From: Felis catus
Taxonomy: Eukaryota
DNA length: 64,000 bases
Assembly: GCF_018350175.1 (NCBI RefSeq)
Contig: NC_058368.1
Coordinates: forward strand, 230,084,001-230,148,000
Reading direction: 5' to 3'
Shown: positions 26,831-39,502 of the stretch, one piece after another
Numbering within the stretch: position 1 is the first letter of the stretch
Layout of the letters: the number at the start of each line of letters is the position of its first letter
Notes under the pieces: model-generated
Told to the model about the DNA's origin: nothing
Databases searched by the model: none
What the model saw: the letters and a program-made list of their open reading frames with translations, nothing else
Made by a program: the position numbers and the translations under genes

Positions 26831-28866
26831 CTATTTTTAATATGCTAATCTAAAGTATATAATCACTTCTATAAGTTCAGTTTGTTCTTACTCAAATTTT
26901 TTGTGGAATATTGGATGATCTCCTCTAACTTTTCATTCCAAAATCCGCTTTATGTCTTTAACATGTTAAACAGACTTGTTTTTATTTTCTCAATCTGACA
27001 ATGCCACCAACTTCATTCTTTGCGAATTTTATTCTGCTGCTTAATGTTTCCAAAGAATCTGGCTCACAGGGACTTATTTTTTCTTGTGTTTGAGACTTCT
27101 GATTGTGGGTTTATGTTCCTAGGAGCTCATGCGTGGGAATTATATAAAGGCTGAATGTAACATGTGGTCTTCCAAGGAAGGTGCGTCATTTTTCTTCTGC
27201 CAAGTGTGGGAAGCCCTACTTACTTAAGGCCACCTCAAACTGAATTATTGCCCTGGGTTTACAGAGAGCATCATATGTAATAGAAACATGGCCCTAAACA
27301 CATACGAGTAAGGATGCTTCTGTTCTGTCATGTTCACGATTCTCTTTTATGTTTAGATTGAGCTGAGAAAGCATGCATGCCGTATTTGTTTTGATCGCTC
27401 CATTCCAGCTTGTGGCTTTAAATGGCAGTTGTTGACATCATTTCATCAGCGAATGAGTAAAACATAACAAAATAAAACAAGGCAGGATGAGACGATGCTA
27501 AATCCTCAAACTAGTTATTATAAACATGACTTATGCAAGTAATAGAGGGCTGGATTTTATTTCTAAGTATTCATTTAAAAGAAGTATCTTCTGCCCCAAA
27601 CCCCACGGTCTCCTTTGTCCTGTTTACGTCGTAGAGTGTATGGAGAACACTTACCTTGAGCGGACAGCACAGCTCACCCCCTTTCTCATTGACTCCTATT
27701 ACATTTCCAATGAAGAAACATTTTTACAAGTCTGGAATGTTTGCAGACTTAATCTGCAGGGAAAACAAAAAGAGGACCCTGCCCATCTGGGGCTGTCCCT
27801 GAGGAGTTTTCAAAGTCAGACCCGAAGAGAACTCCGTGATTCTGACTGCAGGGACTATACAGTCTCATCGGTAAAAGCGGATTCCACCTACTTACAATAC
27901 CTACTCGTAGCCACAGAGCACAGAGGAGGTATCTGTGTTTTTATTGAGTCCCGCAGATGCCTGACAATTATATGTCTTGCTTATCCTGAATTTTTATGTG
28001 AAAACCCAGGGTGAAGAAGTGAGTACTAAAACTCAGAAATGAAGCCAAGGGAGAGCCCGTGCCCCACCCCAAATGTTTCACCTCTCTTTCCCATTGCTGT
28101 TGGTCTTGTAGGACCCACATAAATCAGAGGTGGGATGACGCCCCGTTATGTTCCTGTATCTAAGATTTTGTGAGTAAAAATGGAAAGTATGTCTTTTTTA
28201 AGTTTACTGATAAATTGCCTGAGTTCAGACTTGTATAGCGACCTTTTCATTTCTTTTAAAGGCATAATTATAAAAACTTGACTGGATTATATGCCTTCTG
28301 AAGTTTATTATGAAATACGTAACCATTTCGCTACCTTCCCATTATTGAAATAAGCTGATGCATGCGACGGCATTTTTAAATGGCAACGCACAATGTAAAT
28401 AAATGAAAGCGATTTCATTTATCGTTAGGGATAGCAGTGAAACATTTCACATTGTTAGCGGCTACCTATCACCAACTTACGTTAGCAGCTCTAGCAATCA
28501 AATCATTTATCTTAAAACTAAACAAAGTGAAGGCTCAGAATGAAAATAGAATTCTTAATCCGAGCATTTACTCAGAAAATAAGCAGAGAAATCTGGATTG
28601 TTAGTTAAAAGAACCCTTGAAATAATGAATAGGTAGAACATTCTTTACTGTTATCTATATTTACCTGTCCCTCAATAGAAGGTTGTGTTCACCAGGCAGT
28701 GGGTCTCTGCAGCGTGATACAGGGCGAAGACTTAGAATTTGATACAATTCATTATTGATTGGATTTACTGATTCTGAGACATGAGAGTGTCCTCTTGGGT
28801 TTCCTCTGAAGCAGCTTCTAATAGCTCATGCTCTTGGCTGACAGAACCACTGAACCTACAGCATGC

Positions 28867-29097
28867 ATTTTTTAAATTAAAAAAAATAATGTTTATTTGC
28901 TTTTGAGAGAAAGAGAGAGACAGACAGACAGAGTGTGAGCAGGGGAGGGGCAGATAGAGGGAGACACAGAATCTGAAGCAGGCTCCAGGCTCGGAGCTGC
29001 CAGCCCAGAGCCCAATGCGGGCTCGAACTCCCAAACCGCCAGATCGCGACCTGAGCTGATGTTGGAGGCTTAACTGACTGAGCCCCCCAGGCGCCCC
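28867..29097 (-). mobile_element. CanSINE (first of a tandem pair)
   Basis: Flanked by cctacagcatgc at 28855-28866 and 29096-29107. Confidence 0.93.
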
Positions 29098-29117
29098 TAC
29101 AGCATGCTCTCTTTTTA

Positions 29118-29335
29118 TTTTTTTTTAGATTTTTTTAACGTTTATTTATTTTTGAGACAGAGACAGAGCGTGAACAGGGGAGGGTCAGAGAGAGAGGGAG
29201 ACACAGAATCCGAAACAGGCTCCAAGCTCTGAGCTGTCAGCACAGAGCCCAACGCGGGGCTCGAACTCACGGACCGTGAGATCATGACCTGAGCTGAAGT
29301 TGGACGCTTAACCAACTGAGCCATCCAGGTGCCCC
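29118..29335 (-). mobile_element. CanSINE (second of a tandem pair)
   Basis: TSD atgctctcttttta at 29104-29117 and 29336-29349. Confidence 0.94.
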
Positions 29336-30052
29336 ATGCTCTCTTTTTAACAGAGAGCAACAATTGTTTTTTGTTGGGGAGGGCCAAAAAAGTTAGATAT
29401 TATAGTGACTTGCTGTCCTCCAAAGACCACAGAACATAAACAGATATATGGCATATCTATGGTCTTAAAATTACAGGGGCGGGTTGAAGGGATACTTGGT
29501 GGAAAAGTCCAGAAAGACTCCTTAGGGAGTTGGTACTGAACAAAATGGACAGATGTTGGCATATGAGGATCTGGAGATTCGTCTCATGCAGAACTTAGCT
29601 GCAGGGGCAGGGGCTGATAAGCATTTTGGTTCATATACCCTAAGAAAGGTTTTACTATAGTCAAATAATAGAATCCACCTGCAAACGTTCCCTCATCCAA
29701 GGTAAGAGGCATTTCCTGCCCCTTCTTTAGAGCTCTGTATAGAAAAGTATAAGCATATTTCTAATTCTCTAAAGGCTAGAAGCTTACTTACACTTCTTTC
29801 CTAACCCCTAAACTCTGGCCATTAAGTTTCGGTCACCAAGTTTAATGTGGCAGATGTGTTCTATTATGGTGGTGGCCACGGTTTGAGGAAATAAAAGAAA
29901 TAGGAATGATACTTTCCCGATGAGGCGTGACAACCTTGGTAAAGAACTTTTACTTTGAATAACTTTTCTTTATGGTTGTTTACCATTATTTCACAAATGA
30001 GTACCAGACTACTGCAAGTAATAGTGAAGTGTGGCCCGGGAGTGTTTTCTGT

Positions 30053-30220
30053 TAGTGGTTCTTGGGCCTGGCTGTGCTATTAGAATCATCTGGGCAGCTT
30101 TTTAAAATGCTGATGCCTGGGCCCCAACCTCAGGGAGTCTGATTTCATTCTTCTAGAAAGGCGCCCAGGGATCCATAGCTTTTGAGGTGCCCCAGCTGAA
30201 TCGACGTGCAGCCAGCGACA
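30053..30220. mobile_element. MER5-like hAT-Charlie relic
   Basis: agtggttct...ttagaatcatctgggcagctttttaaaatgctgatgcctgggcccca...tctgatttcatt. Confidence 0.75.
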
Positions 30221-30899
30221 CGGGCCCATGCGCTTGCTCTGAAGCAGCCTTCCCCGCTTCGTGGATAGCAGCTTCCTGTTTCACAGTCTAGCCCTCAGTT
30301 TTCCTGTGAAAGGGCTGGCCTCTGAGTCTGCAAGAGGCTGGCTTACAGCATTTGTCATTTTGAAATAATAATAATAACAACAACAACAAGAACAACCACA
30401 ATAAAAGCTGGTATCCATTCAACCCGTTGTGAGCACTGCCTGTGACCTTACTTAATTCCCATACCAAACTACGAGGCGAGTGTAAGCTATTATCATTGCC
30501 ATTTGCACACAGGGATAAACCAGTAGGAAGGGATTACATTGGAATTTGAACATGGGCATCATGACTGCAGGTTTGGGTCATAGTGGTTTTTCTCCTCTTC
30601 TGAGAGTCTCGATGACTCTTGCAAATAATTACAAGCATTCACAGGAGCAAGGGGTCTGGAAGATACAAGGCTGAAGGAAGGGGAACGGGTACAGCCCTAC
30701 CGAGGACCTATACTCCACAACCTAATGGCAAAGTATGCATCCTAAAGAGCTATTCTAGCAACTTAGAAGGTCTCTACAGAGGGACTTTGGTCTAGGGAGA
30801 AATTCCTTATAGCTAAAGTAAGCAGCACCGCTGCAGGCATGGAAAGCAGTTCATTGTAAACCGGGGCCGTGTCATATAGGGAGTAGATTTGTAGACGTA

Positions 30900-30975
30900 T
30901 TAGGTCAAACATATGAAATTGCTAATGACCATCCACTTGACCTACAGCCATAGCAATTTCACAGAGTTCAATCTA
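30900..30975. mobile_element. MADE2-like mariner MITE
   Basis: ttaggtcaaacatatgaaattgc...ttgacctac...gcaatttcacagagttcaatcta, with inverted termini matching the recalled MADE2 layout. Confidence 0.75.
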
Positions 30976-31740
30976 CGAGAGACAGTGATCTTGGTAGAGA
31001 GACGAGCAAGTCACCATGCTGCAGATGTTGACAGGTTAGGTCTGGCCATTGGCCTCATCCATGGCTTGCTAATTGCTTCAACATTACATGGAGGCAATTT
31101 TTGCAAGACTGAATGACTTTGCTTGTCCAGACCGTGTGTCTACACTGCTGGTCCCGCAGACAGCAACAGCAGAGTGACTACGACATCACTAAGCCACTTG
31201 TAAATGATAAGTTAAAAAGGGGGTTAAGATGAAGATGGAGACAATGCTTCCTTAGGGCTGAGCGCCCACAGCTTCCAGAAGTGTGGCAAGGTCTTAGAGA
31301 ACTGGGACGCGAGTTGGACGCGAGGCAGGGCCCTGGGCCTCAGTGGCGGGCGAACCCTCTCCCAAGGCAGCAGTCGGCAGGAAGGGGTGAGAACTCAACT
31401 GTGGAGACGCTCTACAGTCAGAGCAACATCCAAGTCAAAGAACAATCCTCACGCGTCCACAATGTGGACGAATCGAGCATCTCATATCTGCCTTGGTGCA
31501 GGGTTATGGGCATGGGCTGCCAGGGCCAGGGCACCTGGAGAGCAGGGATCCTGACATTTCCATCTTCAGGTCCCCCACAGCCTGAACATAGGACAGCAAG
31601 GGGCACCTGTACACGTGTGAGTTGGATTAACCTGAAGTATACATCTGACCTGATGTATGCATCTAGGAAGCAACGGTTAATGTTAATGACAATAATTTTA
31701 ATTAATCTTAATAATTTTGGGGTTTAAAAAACTGAGTGTA

Positions 31741-31937
31741 GGGGCGCCTGGGTGGCTCAGTCGGTGAAGCATCTGACTTCGGCTCAGGTCATGATCTCAC
31801 TGTTCAAACCCCACATCGGGTTCTGTGCTGACAGATCGGAGCCTGGAGGCTGCTTTGGATTCTGTGTCTCCCTCTCTGTGTGCCCCGCCCCTGCTCACAC
31901 TCTCTCTCTCACACACAAAAATAAATAAACATAAAAC
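31741..31937 (+). mobile_element. CanSINE
   Basis: TSD aaaa(c/t)tgagtgta at 31728-31740 and 31938-31950. Confidence 0.94.
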
Positions 31938-31989
31938 AAAATTGAGTGTAGATGCTACACATCATTTCTATAAAATTTTTCGTGACTTT

Positions 31990-32004
31990 TGCTTTATTTA
32001 TTTT

Positions 32005-32040
<36 letters not shown>

Positions 32041-32210
32041 AGAGAAGCACGAGTGGGGGAGGGGCAGACAGGGAGAAAGAGAATTCCAGGCAGGCTCCAC
32101 GCTGTCAGCACAGGGAGCCCGAGGCAGGGCTCTATCCCACAGACCATGAGGTCATGACCTGAGCCCAAATCACGTCAGACTCTTAACCAGCTGAGCCACC
32201 CAGGGGCCCC
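31990..32210 (-). mobile_element. CanSINE
   Basis: tttattttgagagag...ctgagccacccaggggcccc. Confidence 0.9.
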
Positions 32211-33535
32211 TGTTTATGACTTTTTGATTCCATTCACATGACATTATAGACAGCCAGCTGAAAATCATCTTGGTGTACTGGAAAACTATTGAGGATTATT
32301 TCTGAGAACTTTATCATTGAAGATACATAAACACCCTGTGAATTTTTTGGAGAGCACTATAGAACAGAGTACACAGGCCCAAGTGTTCCCAGCCAGTGTG
32401 ATTAGGAAAGACTCTTCACAAAAAGTAACTAAGAAGACACCAAGAAATAGATTACTTCTATTTCTCTTCATTAAGTGTCTACATCTCAGGTAGAATGTCA
32501 CAGAGTAAAGATAGAATATATAATGTTGTTCAGTTGCCGCGTTACTGGTCTCCTCAGCATCCAGAAAGTGTTAGGGAAATAGCAGAAATAGCACCATTAA
32601 TGGCAACAATTAATCTTTGAAATTAAGACCAGGAAAAAAAATATTATAATAAATCTCTTTGCCCTGTAGGCAAACAGGGCAACATTTGTGTATACAACAT
32701 TCCTTACTTTGATATGCTAAGAATACTAATAAGGATAGTGGCCCTTGGTTAAATGAGCAGACTATTAGGTTGATAGAAGTGTTGAAAGGAGTTTAAGTTG
32801 GATGAGCATTGCCTGTCGATGGCAGATTATTACACAATAGGCATAATTTGTATGCTTTGCCGAAAAGATCCATGCATTTTTCTTCCTTTCCCTTACTCTT
32901 CCATTAGATTAAAAACCTGACTTCTAAAGATTCCAACAAAATTGGAGACTAATTCTAATTCTTGGTGAATTCAAGGCTGTGGTGAGTTGGCAAATTCCAG
33001 GGATGGAATTAATGTCTGGACACACACTGCTACTTTGCTACTTGGAAGAAACCAGAACAAGAATGGATAATCGGCTCCAAAATGGTGCTCACACAGGAAG
33101 AGTTTCTTTGGATTCAGTCCAAGTGGTGGATGGGCTCTTGAGTTGCTTCAGAATATTCTAGGAACATTATGGATGCATATAGAGAATCTTAAATTGGCAA
33201 TTAATGAGCGCAAAAGTAGCACTTATGATTCCACACTCTATAATATTATTTCCAGGAGAATGTACTGAAGAAATAGTTATAAAAGCTAATGAATATGTAT
33301 TTTGAACAGTTTTCTTTTTATTTTTATATAGGATATTAAGATATATTTTCCATGATCTTGTTTACTAAAGCTAATACCGTATTTTAAGTATATATCTCAC
33401 CCTTGGTCTTGCTTTTGGGAAGAGCACCTCCTTCTGAATCCCACCCTATGACAGAATCTACATTCCCCCGACCTAAGTGTAAATATCTTTATCACTTGGT
33501 CCTTACTTTACTTTCCCATGTCAAAACAGAATAAA

Positions 33536-33621
33536 AAGGATAACTATTTTAAGGGTAAACTAATTTAAAGGGTAACTATTTAAGGGTAAACTATTTAAAG
33601 GGTAAACTATTTTAACTATTT
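33536..33621. repeat. 15-17-bp minisatellite, about 5 copies (AAGGGTAAACTATTT)
   Basis: Units start at about 33536, 33551, 33567, 33582 and 33597. Confidence 0.9.
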
Positions 33622-34053
33622 ACTCTGTGTCTGTAGAATAGTAATGCCCAACTCAAAAGAATCATAGCTGAGACAGAACGGATTTTCAACAGAATGAATT
33701 GTACAATGTATATAAGTTCTCTTCAACCCCATAATGTTTTTTGATTAAAATAAAATTGTTAGTGCCAATATTTGCTCTTAATTTTGTTTGGGTTATACCA
33801 AAAGGATACTTGCAGCATTATTTTTTAGATATTTATTACTTTCAGGACAGATTTTTTTTATAGTGCAGAAGCATTATAAAAATGATGAACTAGTATTAAA
33901 GAAAGATACTTGGGTCATTCCTAAGTTGAGCTTTATAGCTGTTTACCAACCTTTCCTCATCATCTCAAACTAATTAATGCCTAAAACAAAGCCAGAAAAC
34001 CATTGGAAATTCGTATCAATTAGAAGGGCCAATAATATATTCTACCTTTATCC

Positions 34054-34240
34054 CAGTGGATTGCAAACTTGAGACTTCCCCGAATGATCTGGAGAGCTTA
34101 TCAAAGACTGACTCCTGTGTCCACCTTTCCAGTTTCTGATTCACTGGGTCTGAGATCGATTGGGTCCAAGAATTTGTATTTCTGAGTTCCCAGGCGATGT
34201 AGATCCTGTGCATCTGAGAACCACATTTTGAGAACCACTC
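34054..34240. mobile_element. MER5A-like hAT MITE, near full length
   Basis: Termini cagtggattgcaaact ... ttttgagaaccactc; internal gtttctgattcactgggtctg and aagaatttgtatttct. Confidence 0.85.
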
Positions 34241-34274
34241 CTTTAAATTATTAAATGTGTTTTGAAATAATAAG

Positions 34275-34520
34275 AGCTAATGTTTATTATAAGAGTGCTT
34301 CCTGTGGATCAAGGGTTCCTTCAGCATTTTACATATAGAATAGGCATTTAATTCTTACAGTCAGACCACGAAGATGGTTCTGGTCTTAGCCCCATTTTAC
34401 ATAAAGATGGGGAAATGGAAGGTCACAGAATGCAGGATGCTTTTCTAGGTCACCTAACCAGTAAGTAGCAGACCTGGAATTTGAACCCAGTAATGGGAGG
34501 TCCAGGGCTCATGCTTGTAC
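34275..34520 (-). mobile_element. MIR
   Basis: catttaattctta...ccccattttaca...aggtcacctaaccagtaagtagcagacctggaatttgaaccca. Confidence 0.78.
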
Positions 34521-36965
34521 TACCAGGAGAAAAAATGTCTTCTTTAGTCAACGCTTTTATATATTTTACTATTTGTGTAATTTTCCCACTCCACATTTTT
34601 CATATTTCACCAGCTCCATTTTACTGAGATGTATCAAACATGTAAATACCATTTTTATAATATTCTGTGAGGGTACAGACACAGCAATGCCTTTAGTTTT
34701 CTTTCAATCTATAAATACTCAAGGAATGAACCAGAGGAAGAGCTGCCTCTCACAAGATTACACATGTAGAAAATTTTCATGTTATAATGGAGAACAAAGA
34801 ATGCAGGACAAGAAATTTCACACTCAGCTTGGTGCCACCTATGGGGAAAAATTTGTATAGGAAACAAACATATTTGAGAAGAAAACATATCATAATGCTG
34901 ACATACACACAAGACAATGTTACACATTATTTGGAACACTTTGAAGCACATTTTAGACCATATTGCAAACCATTTCTTGGACAAGGCAGTATAGTTTAGT
35001 AAATCATTTTATATTAGAATTCCTTTTAGCATTTAAAATTAGTACAAATTAATGTTCCATAATAAGTAAACGTCATTTATTATTATTGTTGTTGTTTAAG
35101 AGTTTCTAAAATGGAAGACCAGAAAGAACAGGTTGTCACAGAAGTCTTTGAGGAAAAGCTAGTTTGTAAGTTTCTTAGAATATTTAGCTCACAACCAGGT
35201 CCCCATACTTCGATTCATTTTATTCTGAGAACAACCTTCTAAAGAGGGAGGTGTCACTCCAGATTTTAAGTGGATGTTGTTAGAACCCATAGCAGAGAAC
35301 TATCCTATCCTATGAGATATACTCTTCCCCAAATTTCTGTGGAGGTCCATAGTTCTACCCAAAAAAAACTTGAGATTTTCAATTTTTCCAAAGATGTTCA
35401 GTACTCATTGAATTAATTAAGGAGGTTGAAATGGTTTGCAAACTAGAAACAATAGGAAAATGGAGGGAAAGGCTGTTTTGTATAACATTTAAGAAAAAAA
35501 GGTGGATGTTGGTTTGGAGCAGGGTGCTAAAGGGAGAGGACCTTTTGGGTAAAACGATCCTGTAACATTCAGGGCTGTCCTGAAGCCAGCATGCTGGGAA
35601 TGTATTCATTCTTTCTAGCAATGGGAATTCATGAAGTTATCTGTAATGGTGTGCAAACTTATCCCTCTCTCTACAGTCTAGATTACTAAATCATGGCTTC
35701 TCAAAGTGAGGTGCCAGGTCCGTGAATATCACCCCCCCACCACCACCACCAGAGCTTATTAGATTCATAGAATCTCAAATCTGGGGTAATTTGAATACAC
35801 ATCACAGTTTAAGAGAAGCTGCCATTGATAACACTAATGTCTCCATGAAGCCAAATTAGCAGACCTGTCTTGGGTGAGGAGGTTGACGTTGGAAGGGGAG
35901 ACTTTTGCCCGTAGAGGAAGTTCACGGCCACCAGGAAGAGGGGAGTTGTGTGGGATGTCAGTGCTTAGCTGGGGCTGTGCTACCTCCTTGCCTCCTGGCT
36001 CCCACTGGACCTCTGTGGTGGGGTCAAGACCAAAGAGTGGGCACTGTCTTAGGTCCCAGTGGCGTTTGCTCATGATTCCCAACGGATCTGCTGGGAAGAC
36101 ATGTTCTTCCTGGGGCAGCTGTGGGCTACCAATTCCTACCCCAGGTGGAAGGAGTCAGTGAGGCCAAATTCCCATTGGGACCTTTCCTGAGTATGATTGA
36201 CTTTATCAGTCCACGCACTGATGACTCAGAATTCTGAGCACACCCTATCATGTGTTTCCTGTTAAAGATGCTTATCTATGTAGGCATTACAAGCCTTACA
36301 TTTGATGCAAGAATATAAATTTAATATTTTTAGAGAAGATGAGTGACCTCTTATGCATGTAAATGTGAGCTCTTTTTGACTTCTCTTAGCCCCAAGTGTC
36401 TTTGTGAACTTGGATTTCCGCCTTTCCTCTTCTCGGCCCCCTGGGGCTGCCACTTCTTGTAAACACTAGTGTCTGGTGTTAAAGTTTCTACTAATTGCCT
36501 TATCATTTCATAAAGAGGCATTAATTGCTAGCATAATTTCCTCTTTTCCTCTGAATTGCATACTCCTTTTATGCAAAATGACTACTTCAAATGCTTTTCC
36601 ATCCCCCTTCTTTTTTTTCCTATCAGTGGAGAAAACAGCAAACCTTGGGTGCTTGTAGGAAAGTTTTTGCTTCAGCATTCGACTCTTTGTTCATAAATTT
36701 GTTTTGTGAAATGTTACTTGAAGTTTATTTCTTGAGCTAGATATCCATTTCTTCAAGCCCCTTCTGAATTGTTTTGTTATTTTGAGCCCATAGAAATTCT
36801 TTGAAATGATGGAATGAAATATTTTATATGCAATTTGTTTTCTTACTTCCCATTAATTTCTCTAATTTCATACTGTATTTTAATTGGTTCTCTTCTCTGT
36901 AGACTGCTCACCTGAACTCACACATGCACATACAGCACGCATGTTGCTGATATGCCAGACATACC

Positions 36966-36998
36966 ACTCACACACTCACACACACACACACACACACA

Positions 36999-37029
<31 letters not shown>
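36966..37029. repeat. Interrupted (CA)n microsatellite
   Basis: Direct reading. Confidence 0.95.
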
Positions 37030-37275
37030 CGCATCAGTAATCTCCATAGAATCTACAGTTCAAGGTCTATGCCTATATATTTTCAGTAGCTGGCAAGGTG
37101 GATTCTCTACAGTAGGTGCTCAATAGCTTAATAAAAGTTTGGTTTATCATTGAAAGGTCTTTAAATCCTTTTGATTAAAAGAGTATTTTAAATTTTGAAA
37201 TTGAAATTGTCTTGTCAGATGCTATCTCAAAACCAGTTGGAGATTCAAAATCTTATTTTTCTAATAAATGCTAAT

Positions 37276-37657
37276 CTTCCAGGTCAGGTTCCCTGGGAAG
37301 CCTACTCCAGTATGAAGGGTAACATGCAGGAGGCATGCTAAGGGTGCTGTTGGGGTCAACACTGCAAAAGGAAAGGGAAGGGGAGGGAAAACTAGGGGAG
37401 GGGACTGGGCAGAGGGAGAAGTTGGCTGTGGTACAGGCACAACAAAGGCCCTGGTTGACTTAGGGAGGGGTTGTAGGGCTTACCTGGTTCAGGGGGTTGA
37501 ACCCTAGATCTCCCATGGTCAGCCAGTCAGGGGACGCAAGCTGGTCCAGAAAGGGAGCTGAACTTGTCAGCAGAGCCTCCCCACTGGGGGGCTGACAGCT
37601 GAGGGCTTGGGAGGGATAGAATAGGTCCTTCCTTAGAGGATCACAGTGCCCACTACA
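37276..37657 (-). mobile_element. ERVL solo LTR (LTR16-like)
   Basis: Reverse complement begins tgtagtgggcactgtg and ends gcttcccagggaacctgacctg, as recalled for the LTR16 family. Confidence 0.7.
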
Positions 37658-37858
37658 GTTAGTTATGTTTTATAGTAATGTTACTGGACTTTATTTAGCA
37701 GACAAGCCAAATCAGTGATCAAAATCACCGTTAAGCAATATTAATTGTAATCTTTGGTGAAAGCAACAGAATATAAATTTCCACATGCAGTATATCAACT
37801 GTGTAAAATATTCATAGGAAAGATGACTGGAAAAGCTTGTTTCAAAATGATGAGTGTT

Positions 37859-37964
37859 GGGGTGCCTGGCTGGCTCAATCGATAGAACATGGGAATCTTG
37901 TTCTGGGGTCTTGAGTTGGAGCCCCACGTTGGGTGTTAAGATTACTTCAAAAAAAATTGTTAAA
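37859..37964 (+). mobile_element. Short tRNA-like carnivore SINE lacking the CT tract (SINEC_old-like)
   Basis: ggggtgcctggctggctcaatcgatagaacat...gagccccacgttgggtg...agattactt; TSD caaaatgatgagtg at 37843-37856 and 37965-37978. Confidence 0.88.
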
Positions 37965-39084
37965 CAAAATGATGAGTGGTGTCTTTGGGTGGTTTTTATT
38001 TCATTCTTTATTCTTTCCTGAGTTATCCCATTTTAATAATTAATATTCACTATTTTATACCTAAAAAATCCACCATGGCAGTTCACCCTGGGGGGTGCAG
38101 TCCGCTATCATTCTTCACTTCCTCATCCCTACGTACATAGATTTGATTCATTTATTTAGTCCCCTCTTGTTGCCTTTGTTCATCCACTTGATGTTTTGCC
38201 ATGGCCCTCTTCCCATTTTCTGTGGCTGGCCTTGCTATTTTGAAGACAATTGCACCATCCACTCTAGCCTGACCCCACTGGATTGGACCCGTTTTGTAAA
38301 TGCAGACTATGCAGTTCCAACAAAGTATCAGCATTTTCCCTCCCTTCTCCAGCCACTGGAATAATAAGCCAGGAATGATAGCTCTGGCTACAGGATGTTA
38401 TTTCCATTGCTTGCAGGAGAGAAAACCAATGCTTGTTACATTTTCTGTAGATGAATCTATTTTAAAGATACTTCGTGTAAGCAGGGTGCTGTATGTGTGT
38501 GTTTGCAAGTTAACTTTATTTTTCACCCCAGGTTTGGGTAATCGGTGGTTGAGAACCCCAGTCAGAAGTGCCTAATCTTGGAATGGTCACTGGGCCCTTC
38601 AAAAATGGTACCAAGACCCTCACTAGTGGATTTTGCCATTGGGAAAAGGGGTGCTAGAGACATGGAGTCATGGTTAAGATGTGCAATGTCAAGATATACC
38701 TATCACCCCTTTGTGACCGGAGCGTCAGATTCTGGAAAATCTTTCACTAGAGAGCTTTGAGTACAGTGCTCAGGGCTTGAGGTCTGACGTGTTGTGGGCC
38801 CCATGGCTCCCCAGCTCCTGAAGATTCGGTCTCTTGGGCACACTTGAAGAATGACCTTCCCTGCCACAGAATGCTGTTGTGTCTGTCTTGCAGTGAACTT
38901 CTCTCTCCTGGAAAGTGCTGACCCTGGGCCTGAAAGCAAAGAAGGGGAGTCCCACAAGCCACAAACACAGGCTGTGTAACTTTTGTGTCTGCTGGATAAT
39001 TTGGATATGAGGCCAAATTGGGTCTAAAACTGGATGATTTTAAACCACGTGATGTTTGTAGGGACAAGATTATTTATGTCCCAC

Positions 39085-39282
39085 GTTTATTTTTGGGAGA
39101 GAGCAAGAGAGAGTGTGAGCACACACACACACACCAGTGGAGAGGGGCAGAGAGATGGGGACAGAGGATCCAACTTGGGACGTGGGCTCCACGCTCACAG
39201 TATAGGCCCAGATGCGTGGCTCAAACTCACTAACCGTGAGATCATGATTTGAGCTGAAGTCCGACTGAGGCACCCAGGCACC
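39085..39282 (-). mobile_element. CanSINE (older, first of a tandem pair)
   Basis: Diverged reverse body ending gaggcacccaggcacc. Confidence 0.85.
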
Positions 39283-39298
39283 ACTCTCCCACTCATTT

Positions 39299-39502
39299 TT
39301 TTTAACGTTTATTTATTTTTGAGATAGAGGGAGACAGCATGAACTGGGGAGGGTCAGAGAGAGAGGGAGACACAGAATCTGAAACAGGCTCCAGGCTCTG
39401 AGCTGTCAGCACAGAGCCTGAGGTGGGGCTCGAACTCACGGACCGCGAGATCATGACCTGGCCGAAGTCGGACGCTCAACCGACTGAGCCACCCAGGCAC
39501 CC
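39299..39502 (-). mobile_element. CanSINE (younger, second of a tandem pair)
   Basis: TSD ctctccc(a/g)ctc(a/g)ttt at 39284-39298 and 39503-39517. Confidence 0.94.

Noticed and set aside
27526..28014. 162-aa ORF
   Set aside because: No recognisable domain or homology; composition looks like translated intron.
31281..31727. 148-aa ORF in a GC-richer patch
   Set aside because: Non-ATG start, runs through a probable L2 tail into AT-rich sequence, and has no recognisable protein features.
33536..33621. CRISPR-like array
   Set aside because: Eukaryotic context; the units are contiguous, with no unique spacers.
37859..37940. Possible tRNA-Lys gene
   Set aside because: Has an A-rich tail and a 14-bp TSD with decayed stems; it is a tRNA-derived SINE.
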